NCBI GenBank assembly: GCA_044226015.1
Contig: JBGAHS010000001.1
Coordinates: 992,001-1,056,000 of the forward strand
Length of the DNA: 64,000 bases
From: Candidatus Obscuribacteraceae bacterium
GTDB taxonomy: Bacteria > Cyanobacteriota > Vampirovibrionia > Obscuribacterales > Obscuribacteraceae
Direction: 5' to 3'
Within the stretch, counting starts at the first letter, position 1; each line of letters opens with the position of its first letter. Made by a program: the position numbers and the translations under genes. This document shows, piece by piece, positions 19,363-28,043 of this stretch. Under the pieces are notes generated by a model, which was given only the letters and a program-made list of their open reading frames with translations, was not told the origin of the DNA and did not search any database.

Positions 19363-19765
19363 CCCTGAGTCATTAGCTCCATTCAGAAGATGCGCTGTAA
19401 ATTATCTCGCCAAAATCTTGCTTTCTTTTTGCTGCAAATCCAACACGTTTGTTGTGGTTTCTCGTTATATTTTGCAAGAAACTTTCTGAGAATTGGGAAC
19501 CGCTACTGCCTTTAGTCTGAAGCGGTAAAATAGTGCGAATTTTTTTCCATCCCGAAAGACTTTCGCTAACTGCATCTTGCCATTCTCTGCAGATGTCTTT
19601 GGAGGTGGATATAGGGAAACCCATAATTTTTCGGGGAATCCTGAATGGGACGATTTCTGCTTGGACGATATGATTTTCTTGTGAATCGGGCAGAGCAGTC
19701 AAAGCATTTGCTGGGCTGATGACACTAAATACGGTGCCCGCCAAGATTGCAGGAGAATGAGATAA

Positions 19766-20377
19766 ATGAATACTCAAGTCAATGTGAAGAGAAACTATGC
19801 AGAAGTCCCTACCGCGGACCTGGTTGTCTTGTCACAGAGAAAAGATGAGGCAGCATTGACCGAACTGTTGAAGAGACACAAAGCTTTCATTTCGAATCGA
19901 CTCTATAAATTTGCTCCAGACTGGAAAGATCAATCAGATTTGATTCAAGAAGTAAACATAAGAGTCTGGCGTTTCATTGGTCAGCTCAAGAAGCCTGAAT
20001 CGTTCAGAACTTGGCTGTCGCAACTAGTAATGAACGTATTTTACGATGAACTCAGAAAGCGTCCTCGCGACTTTCATCTCGTCTCGCTCGACGAGCCAAT
20101 GTCTGATGACTCGACTGACACTCGTGATGTTAGAGACAGCAGCCAGTTACCTGATGACGCCATGCTTGGAAAAGAACTCATGGGCGTTCTAATGGATGCG
20201 ATGGCTGACATACCAGAGCAGTTCAAGCAAGCTCAGTTGTTGCGTGACATTCAAGGGCTATCCTATGAAGAAATCGCTAAGCTCACAAACACCGAGCTCG
20301 GTACAGTTAAATCAAGAATCGCACGTGCAAGAATGCGCATTCAGGAAAAAGTCGGCGCATATGTGAACTGCGCATAG
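19766..20377 (+). CDS. ECF sigma-70 factor (SigG/RpoE-like)
   Basis: DLIQEV, SFRTWL, VSLD, LRDIQGLSYEEIA, GTVKSRIARAR; AGGAG lies upstream. Confidence 0.9.
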   Translation: MNTQVNVKRNYAEVPTADLVVLSQRKDEAALTELLKRHKAFISNRLYKFAPDWKDQSDLIQEVNIRVWRFIGQLKKPESFRTWLSQLVMNVFYDELRKRPRDFHLVSLDEPMSDDSTDTRDVRDSSQLPDDAMLGKELMGVLMDAMADIPEQFKQAQLLRDIQGLSYEEIAKLTNTELGTVKSRIARARMRIQEKVGAYVNCA

Positions 20378-20402
20378 TTTTCACTCAACCACTCACAATA
20401 AA

Positions 20403-20479
20403 CAAAGGCTCTGAATGATTTGATCGGCTCGCAGGCTCACACGTGCGGTCCCATCAAGTCATTCAGACCTTTGCTTTTT
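20403..20479 (+). terminator. Long rod-like hairpin with a T-rich tail after the sigma gene
   Basis: CAAAGG(C)TCTGAATGATTTGAT pairs with ATCAAGTCATTCAGACCTTTG, with an inner CGCA/TGCG stem and a CTTTTT tail. Confidence 0.6.
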
Positions 20480-20633
20480 GAACTCCCTTCTAAGCGTTCA
20501 GTCGTATCCACCTGTTTATTGTTTAAAGTTCTATTTAAACCTCCTTTGTTTTGAAATTTTAGTTCGTGTGTGTGATGCATACACTGTTATGATTTAGGAG
20601 GGGCAGACGACTTACTATTTTTGGAGTGAGCTG

Positions 20634-21458
20634 ATGGTTGATGCCGGCAAGGGGGATTTCAAGCCTATTCTCCTGGTAGATGACAATCCAGTTAATCAGA
20701 AGGCTGGTGAGGCTATTTTGAAGAATCTGGGTTTCATCGTCCGGATAGCCAAGAACGGTCAAGAAGCCCTTGAGGCTTTTAGCAAAGAAAAGTTTTCAGT
20801 GATTTTGATGGATTGTCAAATGCCTGTGATGGATGGATTTCAGGCAAGCACTGCCATTCGTAAATTAGAGCAATTATCGGGGGCATACACACCAATCATT
20901 GCTGTGACTGCGCTTACTATGTCTGGAGACAGAGAGCGCTGCATCTCTGTGGGAATGGACGACTACCTTTCCAAGCCAATCGATATGCGTCTGCTCAAGC
21001 TTAAGCTGAATCACTGGCTTAACGCGGAAGTTGTTTATCAGAGCCAGAAGCTTGCGCGCAAGGTTCTCTTTGCTGATGCAGAAACCGATCCATCAAAGAA
21101 AGACCCCATTGACCTGGCAGAACTTCAAGATTTCTACAGTCGCGATCAGCTAGTTGATCTCTTGAATCTTTTCAAGATTCACTCACAAGACATGATAAAT
21201 CGCATTCAGTTTTTCGTGAGAGAAAAAAGCTCTAAATCGGTTGCCGGACTTGCGCATGAAATGCGTTCATCATGCGCTTCTATTGGCGCCAAGCAGCTAG
21301 CAAGAGTGTGTTTGTTTTTAGAACAATCAGCAACTCAAGAAGATTGGATTGAGGCTGAAGACTCGCTGAAAATGCTGCAGCAATCATTTTCATTTTTAGA
21401 TTCATTCATTCAAAATTCATTAGCAGATAAAGAGTTCTCTGGCAAAAACTCCAGATAA
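20634..21458 (+). CDS. Receiver (REC) plus HPt domain protein
   Basis: ILLVDDN, LMDCQMPVMDG, DDYLSKP; HPt motif LAHEMRSSCASIGA. Confidence 0.88.
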   Translation: MVDAGKGDFKPILLVDDNPVNQKAGEAILKNLGFIVRIAKNGQEALEAFSKEKFSVILMDCQMPVMDGFQASTAIRKLEQLSGAYTPIIAVTALTMSGDRERCISVGMDDYLSKPIDMRLLKLKLNHWLNAEVVYQSQKLARKVLFADAETDPSKKDPIDLAELQDFYSRDQLVDLLNLFKIHSQDMINRIQFFVREKSSKSVAGLAHEMRSSCASIGAKQLARVCLFLEQSATQEDWIEAEDSLKMLQQSFSFLDSFIQNSLADKEFSGKNSR

Positions 21459-21573
21459 AGTTCCTTGTAAAAGACTGCCAGTACAGCTTCTTGCTGCTTG
21501 CATATCATCGTTGGGAACTATTTGTGTTAACTCGTGTCCTTAACTTCGCTTAGATCATTACGGAGAGCGAGTT

Positions 21574-21966
21574 ATGACACTAGATCTTAAACAATGTGCA
21601 GCGTTGTTCGGCGTTGTAGCGTTGATGACAGCATGTAGCGCCGAATCTCAAAGGATCTCGGCTGCCAAAGAAAATGTTGATCAACAAAAAGAAGAACAAA
21701 AGAAGATGATTGATCAACGTACCGCTGAATTGAAGCGGGGTGTAGATCTCAACAGAGATAAGTACAAACAATATATTGCAGCCAGGAAACAAGAGCTCGA
21801 CACTGAGAAGAAGAACCTGGATGTAGAAGCGAAAGATGCTGATCGTTATTCAGATCTCGCTAAGAAAAATCTTGATGTGCAGCAAGACGCTTGCAAGAAA
21901 ACAGTTGATCAAAATGCTCGGGAACTCAAAGCAAAAATTGACGACTATGCAAATGCTCGCAAATAG
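21574..21966 (+). CDS. Putative coiled-coil lipoprotein
   Basis: Hydrophobic leader ending LMTA-C, a highly charged helical body, and GGAG upstream. Confidence 0.7.
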   Translation: MTLDLKQCAALFGVVALMTACSAESQRISAAKENVDQQKEEQKKMIDQRTAELKRGVDLNRDKYKQYIAARKQELDTEKKNLDVEAKDADRYSDLAKKNLDVQQDACKKTVDQNARELKAKIDDYANARK

Positions 21967-22030
21967 CCCATTAGAAAATTAGTTTTTATCATCACGTCGT
22001 TTGCCAGGCAAACATTAAAAGGAGAAGAAA

Positions 22031-22291
22031 ATGAGTATTATTGGTTTTATTTTGTATTTGATTGTAGCTTCCGCATGTGCATGGCTAGCTGATTTCCTCG
22101 TCCCAGGACGCATACCAGGCGGATTCTTTGCCTCAGCAATCGTCGGTATTCTTGGTGCATGGATCGGTGTTAGCTTAATGGGTGCTGTCGGACCAAGTCT
22201 GGCTGGTGTTCCACTTCTGCCTGCAATCTTCGGTTCCGGTATCCTCGTGTTCTTGTTCTCGCTTTTGTCCAATCGATTTTCACTTCGTTAA
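22031..22291 (+). CDS. GlsB/YeaQ/YmgE (transglycosylase-associated) membrane protein
   Basis: Three Gly-rich hydrophobic segments (PGG...IVGILGAWIG...LPAIFGS); AAGGAG RBS. Confidence 0.85.
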   Translation: MSIIGFILYLIVASACAWLADFLVPGRIPGGFFASAIVGILGAWIGVSLMGAVGPSLAGVPLLPAIFGSGILVFLFSLLSNRFSLR

Positions 22292-22309
22292 TCGGTGTGA
22301 ACGCGAGAA

Positions 22310-22432
22310 ATGTTTCCGCTAGATGAATTTAGCGAATATCAAAGAGACATGGAAGCTAAGGCAATCGTTTTGGGATCTGTAATGGTCGCCATTTTGATTG
22401 CCTTAGCTTTTATAACAAAAGTTTTTTCCTGA
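22310..22432 (+). CDS. Possible 40-aa single-TM microprotein
   Basis: MFPLDEFSEYQRDMEAKAIVLGSVMVAILIALAFITKVFS, below the track cutoff. It overlaps a 14-bp inverted repeat, so it may be non-coding. Confidence 0.3.
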   Translation: MFPLDEFSEYQRDMEAKAIVLGSVMVAILIALAFITKVFS

Positions 22433-22522
22433 GCAGGAACTAAATCACAAAGCTCACGCCATAGTCGTTGTTAGAGATTGAATGAGACTTTCAATTTTTC
22501 TGCTTTAGAAGGAGTATTCACC

Positions 22523-22717
22523 ATGTACGCTGATGCCAGAAACCTGACAGCAAGCCGCAATGAGATGGACTATAACGTCATCATCTTGGGCATTATAGTC
22601 TGCGCCACAATCAGCATTCTGCTTTTTTATGGTGCAGCTCTTGGTTCGTATGAAGAAATTCTAGAGAGTTTGCACATCATCAGTCCTCAAAGCATAGCTA
22701 GTTGCCCGAGAGGTTAA
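22523..22717 (+). CDS. Small single-TM hypothetical protein
   Basis: AAGGAG before ATG 22523; hydrophobic VIILGIIVCATISILLFYGAAL. Confidence 0.55.
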   Translation: MYADARNLTASRNEMDYNVIILGIIVCATISILLFYGAALGSYEEILESLHIISPQSIASCPRG

Positions 22718-22722
22718 GTTTT

Positions 22723-23028
22723 ATGGAACCTACTACTGCTCATCCAGACCTGGTGTTCATGGTCGACGAGCCTGCGCCACCATCGCCACAGCCGGCACCT
22801 CCAGTGCCAGAGCCGCAGCCTCAACCGCCAATTCCAGAGCCAGAGCCGAGCCCGCCAGTTCCAGAGCCAGAGCCGAGCCCACCAATTCCAGAGCCAGAGC
22901 CGAAGCCACCAATTCCAGAGCCGGAACCGAAGCCACCAATTCCAGAGCCGGAACCGAAGCCGCCAATTCCAGAACCAGCACCGGTGCCTCCGATACCTGA
23001 GCCTGAACCTATTCCTCCAGTCAGCTAG
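22723..23028 (+). CDS. Pro/Glu-rich repeat protein (PPIPEPEPK)n
   Basis: GAGG before ATG 22723; repeat variation is mostly at third codon positions of this frame. Confidence 0.55.
   Translation: MEPTTAHPDLVFMVDEPAPPSPQPAPPVPEPQPQPPIPEPEPSPPVPEPEPSPPIPEPEPKPPIPEPEPKPPIPEPEPKPPIPEPAPVPPIPEPEPIPPVS
22790..23020. repeat. Imperfect 27-bp tandem repeat
   Basis: Unit about CCAATTCCAGAGCCAGAGCCGAAGCCA, roughly eight variably degenerate copies, no spacers. Confidence 0.85.
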
Positions 23029-23105
23029 TCCGAGCTGCATTAGCGTGGTAGATTAGATTCAGCAGAAATGAATGCAGGATTCCTTTATCAAATTCCAGGT
23101 GTGAT

Positions 23106-23954
23106 ATGAATACCGCTACCAACAATAAAGACTACTCTCCTCCCATTTCAGAGGTGCCGTGTCCGATACTTCTGGTTGAAGATAACATCATCAATCAGAA
23201 AGCGACATTGTTGCTGCTGGAGAAAATTGGACTGCAGGCTGATGTTGTTTGCAATGGAATGGAGGCACTAGAAGCGGTGCGCCAGAGAAAGTTTTCTTTG
23301 ATCTTAATGGATTGCTACATGCCAATGATGGACGGCTTTGAAGCTACTGTAGCAATTCGCGAACATGAGATGGAATCAGGAACTTACACTCCGATTATTG
23401 CAGTCACCGCACTGGCAATGTCGGGTGACAGAGAACGTTGTATTTCTGCCGGCATGGACGACTATATTTCGAAGCCCATAGACTTCAAAGTCTTTCAAGC
23501 AAAACTGAATTATTGGCTCAACACAAATTTGGAGTTGCAGCAGCAGAAGGCTGGTCGCAGACCGTTGCGAACACATTCGCACCTGATGTTGGTTGAAAAT
23601 TCGCCCGTTGATCTGGCAGAATTGCGTAACTCGTACAGCAATGATGAAATCAACGAGTTGCTACAGGTATTCTTGAAGTGTGCGCGCAGCACAATTGCAA
23701 AAATCGAATCGCAACTCCGTGAAAGAAATCCGGTTTGTGTTTCGAAGCTTGCTCATGAACTCAGAGCCGCATGTCTCTGTGTTCGCCACAAGCAGCTGTC
23801 GCAACTTGCACTTTATTTGGAGATGGCAGGCGGTCAGGAGGATTGGCTTGAAGCATATGAAACAGTACGTTCCATGCTTCTTGCTGTTGGTGAATTTGAC
23901 GCGTTTCTAAATACCAATTTCGCTCCAGGATCGGGGAGAATAAAAGGACAATGA
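23106..23954 (+). CDS. Receiver (REC) plus HPt domain protein, paralog of 20634-21458
   Basis: ILLVEDN, LMDCYMPMMDG, YTPIIAVTAL(A/T)MSGDRERCIS shared with the paralog, HPt LAHELR. Confidence 0.88.
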   Translation: MNTATNNKDYSPPISEVPCPILLVEDNIINQKATLLLLEKIGLQADVVCNGMEALEAVRQRKFSLILMDCYMPMMDGFEATVAIREHEMESGTYTPIIAVTALAMSGDRERCISAGMDDYISKPIDFKVFQAKLNYWLNTNLELQQQKAGRRPLRTHSHLMLVENSPVDLAELRNSYSNDEINELLQVFLKCARSTIAKIESQLRERNPVCVSKLAHELRAACLCVRHKQLSQLALYLEMAGGQEDWLEAYETVRSMLLAVGEFDAFLNTNFAPGSGRIKGQ

Positions 23955-25663
23955 GATATAAGGCGCTTGCCTGCGATTATGACGGCACCCTTGCCGAGCA
24001 TAAGCAGCTTGAACCGGATCAAATAAGTCAATTATTGAAATTACAAGCAAATGGACGGAAGTTGCTTCTCGTAACGGGGCGGCTACTGGAAGACTTGCTT
24101 GTAATTATTCCGGATATTTCAATTTTTGATTATGTAGTTTGCGAAAACGGTGCGTTGTTGTACGAACCACGCTCACGCAAAGAGACTTTAATTGGTCAGG
24201 CTCCGCCTGAAAAAATGTTGCAACTTGCTACAGAGCGAAATGTGACACCACTCTATGTTGGGCGCTCAATAGTTAGCACCCTTGTGCCTTGGGACAAGAC
24301 CATGTTCGAAATAATTCGTGAACTCGGTCTTGAATGGCAGCTTATATTTAACAACGAGGCTGTGATGTTGTTGCCTCCTGGCGTGAACAAAGCTTTCGGT
24401 TTGCGCTCGGCACTCAAAGAGCTTGGCTTGTCGCCACATAACTGCGTTGCTATTGGTGATGCTGAAAATGATCACGCCTTTTTGAATCAGGCAGAAATAG
24501 GCGTAGCGGTAGGAAACGCAATTCCGACGTTGAAAGAAAATGCCGATATGGTGACGCAAGGAAGGGTTTTTGAAGGTGTGAGGGAATTGATTGACAAGAT
24601 CGTCGAATCAGACCTCGCAGCAGTGCGCCCTTCGCTGGTCAAGACGGAGCTAAAGCTTGGAACAGACGAGCAGGATCAAGCGTTTCGTGTAAATCCATAT
24701 GGAAGCTCTCTGCTAATTGCTGGAGCTTCTGGCAGTGGCAAATCTACCGTTGCTCATGCGCTACTTGAGCGCTTAACGGAGAAGAAATATCAATTCTGCT
24801 TGATCGATCCAGAGGGCGACTACGAAAAACTAGACAATGCTGTGTCGCTGGGTGACCCGAAGAATATTCCAACAATAAACGAGATTCTGCAAATTCTGCG
24901 CAATCCATCTGAAAGTGTTGTCGTTAACCTTCTCGGTGTTCCGCTAGCAGATAGACCTAAGTATTTTCATGCCTTGCTGCCGCACTTGCATGCGTTTTAC
25001 ACCGAGACGGGGCGGCCGCACTGGTTGGCTATTGATGAAGCGCACCATTTGTTGCCTGCTAATATCTCGACTTCCAACCTGGCAATGAGCGAATTGTCGG
25101 GCAGTACTTTGCTTGTAACTGTTCACCCTGACCACGTAAGTCCTAAGGCTCTTGCTGCAGTCGACACTGTTCTTACCATAGGTCGCTTTCCTCGTGAAAC
25201 GATACGCCAATTTTGCGGAGCAATAGGCGAACTTGAGCCACCGTCTGTAATACCAGAGTCGCAGAATGGTAACGTCATTGCCTGGAGGCGTGATCAGAAT
25301 ACTGAACCATTCGTCATTCACATGGTGCCTGCCAAACAAGAACGTCAGCGCCATCGCAGGAAATATACTCAGGGTGACGTAGGGATGGAGAAGAGTTTCG
25401 TTTTCAGAGGACCCGAAAACCGGCTCAAACTTCGAGCACAAAATCTGCAAATCTTTATGCAAATGGCAGACGGTGTTGATACCGACACTTTCACGTATCA
25501 CCTTCGCAAAGGCGACTACTCAAAATGGTGCAAGGATGCTATCAAAGATGAGGCACTCGCTTCTGAAATGGCTGCAATTGAAAACAGACATGAACTAAAT
25601 GCGGAAGAGAGCCTTGAAAGCGTCAAGGCACTGATTCAGCGACGCTACGGCGGACCTGAGTAA
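23951..25663 (+). CDS. Cof-like HAD phosphatase fused to a HerA/DUF87-like P-loop ATPase
   Basis: DYDGTL, VTGR, GVNK, GDAEND (HAD IIB); GASGSGKS, IDPEGDY, IDEAHH (P-loop). ATGA overlap with the upstream gene. Confidence 0.85.
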   Translation: MRYKALACDYDGTLAEHKQLEPDQISQLLKLQANGRKLLLVTGRLLEDLLVIIPDISIFDYVVCENGALLYEPRSRKETLIGQAPPEKMLQLATERNVTPLYVGRSIVSTLVPWDKTMFEIIRELGLEWQLIFNNEAVMLLPPGVNKAFGLRSALKELGLSPHNCVAIGDAENDHAFLNQAEIGVAVGNAIPTLKENADMVTQGRVFEGVRELIDKIVESDLAAVRPSLVKTELKLGTDEQDQAFRVNPYGSSLLIAGASGSGKSTVAHALLERLTEKKYQFCLIDPEGDYEKLDNAVSLGDPKNIPTINEILQILRNPSESVVVNLLGVPLADRPKYFHALLPHLHAFYTETGRPHWLAIDEAHHLLPANISTSNLAMSELSGSTLLVTVHPDHVSPKALAAVDTVLTIGRFPRETIRQFCGAIGELEPPSVIPESQNGNVIAWRRDQNTEPFVIHMVPAKQERQRHRRKYTQGDVGMEKSFVFRGPENRLKLRAQNLQIFMQMADGVDTDTFTYHLRKGDYSKWCKDAIKDEALASEMAAIENRHELNAEESLESVKALIQRRYGGPE

Positions 25664-25720
25664 CTCGTGTTCTCTGGGAACTGCTTTGTGACAGAACTTC
25701 ACTCTCAGTGCTGCTTGAGA

Positions 25721-26758
25721 CTAATATTGCTGAAGTGCCCATTGGGCATGTTCAATTAGCATTTCATCAGTTTCGTTTGTGAGAAACTTTTCTAACGCGT
25801 CTTCGCCGCCTTCAGGAAGCCTGTTTCCGATCACCACAATCGCGTTGCGAACTAATCCTTTTCTCTTCGGTCTACTCAAGGGTGTGTTGCCAAATCGGCG
25901 AACGAATTCTCGCTGACTTGGAATCTGAAGCAATTCAAATAGATCAAGATAATGCCCAACTCCGCATTCCGGCTGAAACTCGGCCCAGATATTTGGATTC
26001 GCTTTGAAGTTGTATGGACAAACTTCCTGGCAGACATCACAGCCAAAAACCCAATCGCCCATTTGTTTCCTGAACTCAATCGGAATGCCTTGTTTGTTTT
26101 CGATTGTCAAAAACGAAATGCAGCGATTCGAGTCCACAACTTTCTCTGCAACAATTGCGTCGGTAGGACAGCCCGCAGCGCATCTAAAACAATTTCCACA
26201 GGTGCCTTTATAGGGAGCATCACTTTCCATCTCAATATCAGTGAAGAGCTCAGCAACGAAATGGTATGAACCCAACATCTTTGGTCCAATTATCAAACTG
26301 TTTTTTCCTGTAAACCCAAGCCCGTGCCGTGCAGCTAGACCTTGCTCAAATAGATTCACATCATCTGTGAAATATTTTCCTAGCAATGGACGCGATAGCT
26401 TGTTCTCGATTTGCTCTTTCAATTCCTGAAGTTTCTTCGGAAGGACATGGTGGTAGTCTTGCCCGACTGCATACCTGGCAACCTTTCCATATTGAGCACC
26501 GGGATCTGGCGGTCGCTCGGTATAATAGTTTGCAAACAGAAGGATTACAGAGTACGCTCCGGGAACTAGTAAAGATGGTCGGTTTCTGCCTTCAGGGTCA
26601 CGTTTCAAATAGTTCATTGTTGATGCGTAGCCCTTTGCCAGCCACTCTTCGTAGAACTTTTGTTCCGCTTCCATTGGTTCCAGGCTTGCGATTACAGCAT
26701 GCGCAAAGCCCATCGATGAAGCGCACTCAATAATCGTTTTCTTAGCATCAATGGTCAT
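25721..26758 (-). CDS. queG: Epoxyqueuosine reductase
   Basis: ARYAVGQDYH, GKN, CGNCFRCAAGCPT, RCISFLTIE, FGCDVCQEVCPYN. Confidence 0.93.
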   Translation of the reverse strand: MTIDAKKTIIECASSMGFAHAVIASLEPMEAEQKFYEEWLAKGYASTMNYLKRDPEGRNRPSLLVPGAYSVILLFANYYTERPPDPGAQYGKVARYAVGQDYHHVLPKKLQELKEQIENKLSRPLLGKYFTDDVNLFEQGLAARHGLGFTGKNSLIIGPKMLGSYHFVAELFTDIEMESDAPYKGTCGNCFRCAAGCPTDAIVAEKVVDSNRCISFLTIENKQGIPIEFRKQMGDWVFGCDVCQEVCPYNFKANPNIWAEFQPECGVGHYLDLFELLQIPSQREFVRRFGNTPLSRPKRKGLVRNAIVVIGNRLPEGGEDALEKFLTNETDEMLIEHAQWALQQY

Positions 26759-26773
26759 AGCAAAGGTGAAAAC

Positions 26774-27898
26774 TTGTCAGCTCCTCAACACGATAAAAGT
26801 ATAACTGAAGCCGAGCGGCACTTAGAGATTGAAGATTTTGATTATGAGCTTCCTCCTGGGTTAATTGCGCAAGAACCGGCAGTTGAAAGAACTCATTCGC
26901 GCCTGATGGTTCTGAACAGAAGTCAGCAAACAATTGAACATAAGCAATTTTTCAATTTGTCTGAGTATTTAAAATCAGGCGATTTGATTGTTTTGAACAA
27001 CACAAAAGTCATTCCCGCACGCATAATGGCTCGTCGGCAAAGTGGCGGTGTTGTAGAGGTGTTGCTTCTTAAACCAGAGGCGACAAGACCCGGGGTCTGG
27101 CAAGCTATGGCAAGTCCATTGCGTAAGTTGAAAGAAGGAGACGCTTTGCTTGTCACTACTGGTGATGGCACTGACGCTGAAATTAAAGTTGCTGGATTTT
27201 TCGAGTCGGCTGATTCTCAGAGACGAGTTTACGTTGATTTCGGAAGCCCAGCTGCCGTTCACACCCTCTTAAGTAAGGTCGGGCAGTCTCCTCTGCCGCC
27301 CTATATTCGAAGTGAAAGAACAAAAAGCCATTCAGAACTGTTTACTCCTCAGGACCTCAGCCGCTACCAGACCGTTTTTGCTAAGGTTGACGGGGCCGTC
27401 GCGGCGCCAACTGCTGGGTTGCATTTTAGTGAAGCTCTCTTCGGCGAACTGAGAGAAAAGGGAGTTGATATTGAGTTCCTGACACTTCATGTAGGTGCAG
27501 GGACATTTAAACCCATTTCCGGTTCAGTGTCGGACCATACCGTGGAGTCAGAAGAGTTCTTTATTAGACCTGCACTTGCAGACAAAGTAAACAGCTGCAA
27601 AGCCGCAGGAGGGCGTGTGATTGCTGTTGGAACGACTTCCTGTCGGGCATTGGAAACCGCTGGAGCAAGTGGAAAGCTCTTGCCTGCAGAAGGCATAGAA
27701 AGTCATCTGTATATCAGTCCGGGACACGATTTCAAAATTGTCGACTGCCTGGTTACAAACTTCCACTTGAGTCGATCAAGCTTGCTTGTTCTTGTTTCTG
27801 CTTTTGGAGGGCATGAACTGGTCATGTCTGCGTATCGGGAAGCGATTGAACGAAGGTATCGATTTTACAGCTACGGCGACGCCATGTTCATTTTTTAA
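26774..27898 (+). CDS. queA: S-adenosylmethionine:tRNA ribosyltransferase-isomerase
   Basis: FDYELP..LIAQEP, PLPPYI, YQTVFA, AAPTAGLHF, LHVGAGTF, TNFH, YRFYSYGDAM. Confidence 0.95.
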   Translation: MSAPQHDKSITEAERHLEIEDFDYELPPGLIAQEPAVERTHSRLMVLNRSQQTIEHKQFFNLSEYLKSGDLIVLNNTKVIPARIMARRQSGGVVEVLLLKPEATRPGVWQAMASPLRKLKEGDALLVTTGDGTDAEIKVAGFFESADSQRRVYVDFGSPAAVHTLLSKVGQSPLPPYIRSERTKSHSELFTPQDLSRYQTVFAKVDGAVAAPTAGLHFSEALFGELREKGVDIEFLTLHVGAGTFKPISGSVSDHTVESEEFFIRPALADKVNSCKAAGGRVIAVGTTSCRALETAGASGKLLPAEGIESHLYISPGHDFKIVDCLVTNFHLSRSSLLVLVSAFGGHELVMSAYREAIERRYRFYSYGDAMFIF

Positions 27899-28043
27899 CA
27901 GGCAATGTACACCGAGTCGCCTGGTTTCTGCTGCGCAATGGTCTCTAATTGTAGAAGAGTTTTTTTATTTGGATCCCAAATTCTATCGAGACGAGTGCAA
28001 GACCCTGTTTGAGAGCGCCGCCATCATGGCGGCTTCTGTCTGA

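Noticed and set aside
19373..19777. 134-aa minus-strand ORF as an anti-sigma factor
   Set aside because: No TM or ZAS motif, it overlaps the sigma start, and it occupies the likely promoter region.
22790..23020. CRISPR array
   Set aside because: Contiguous 27-bp coding repeats without unique spacers; no cas genes.
22714..23040. Trp/Arg-rich and LELVAS-repeat minus-strand ORFs
   Set aside because: Reverse-frame readings of the Pro-Glu repeat.
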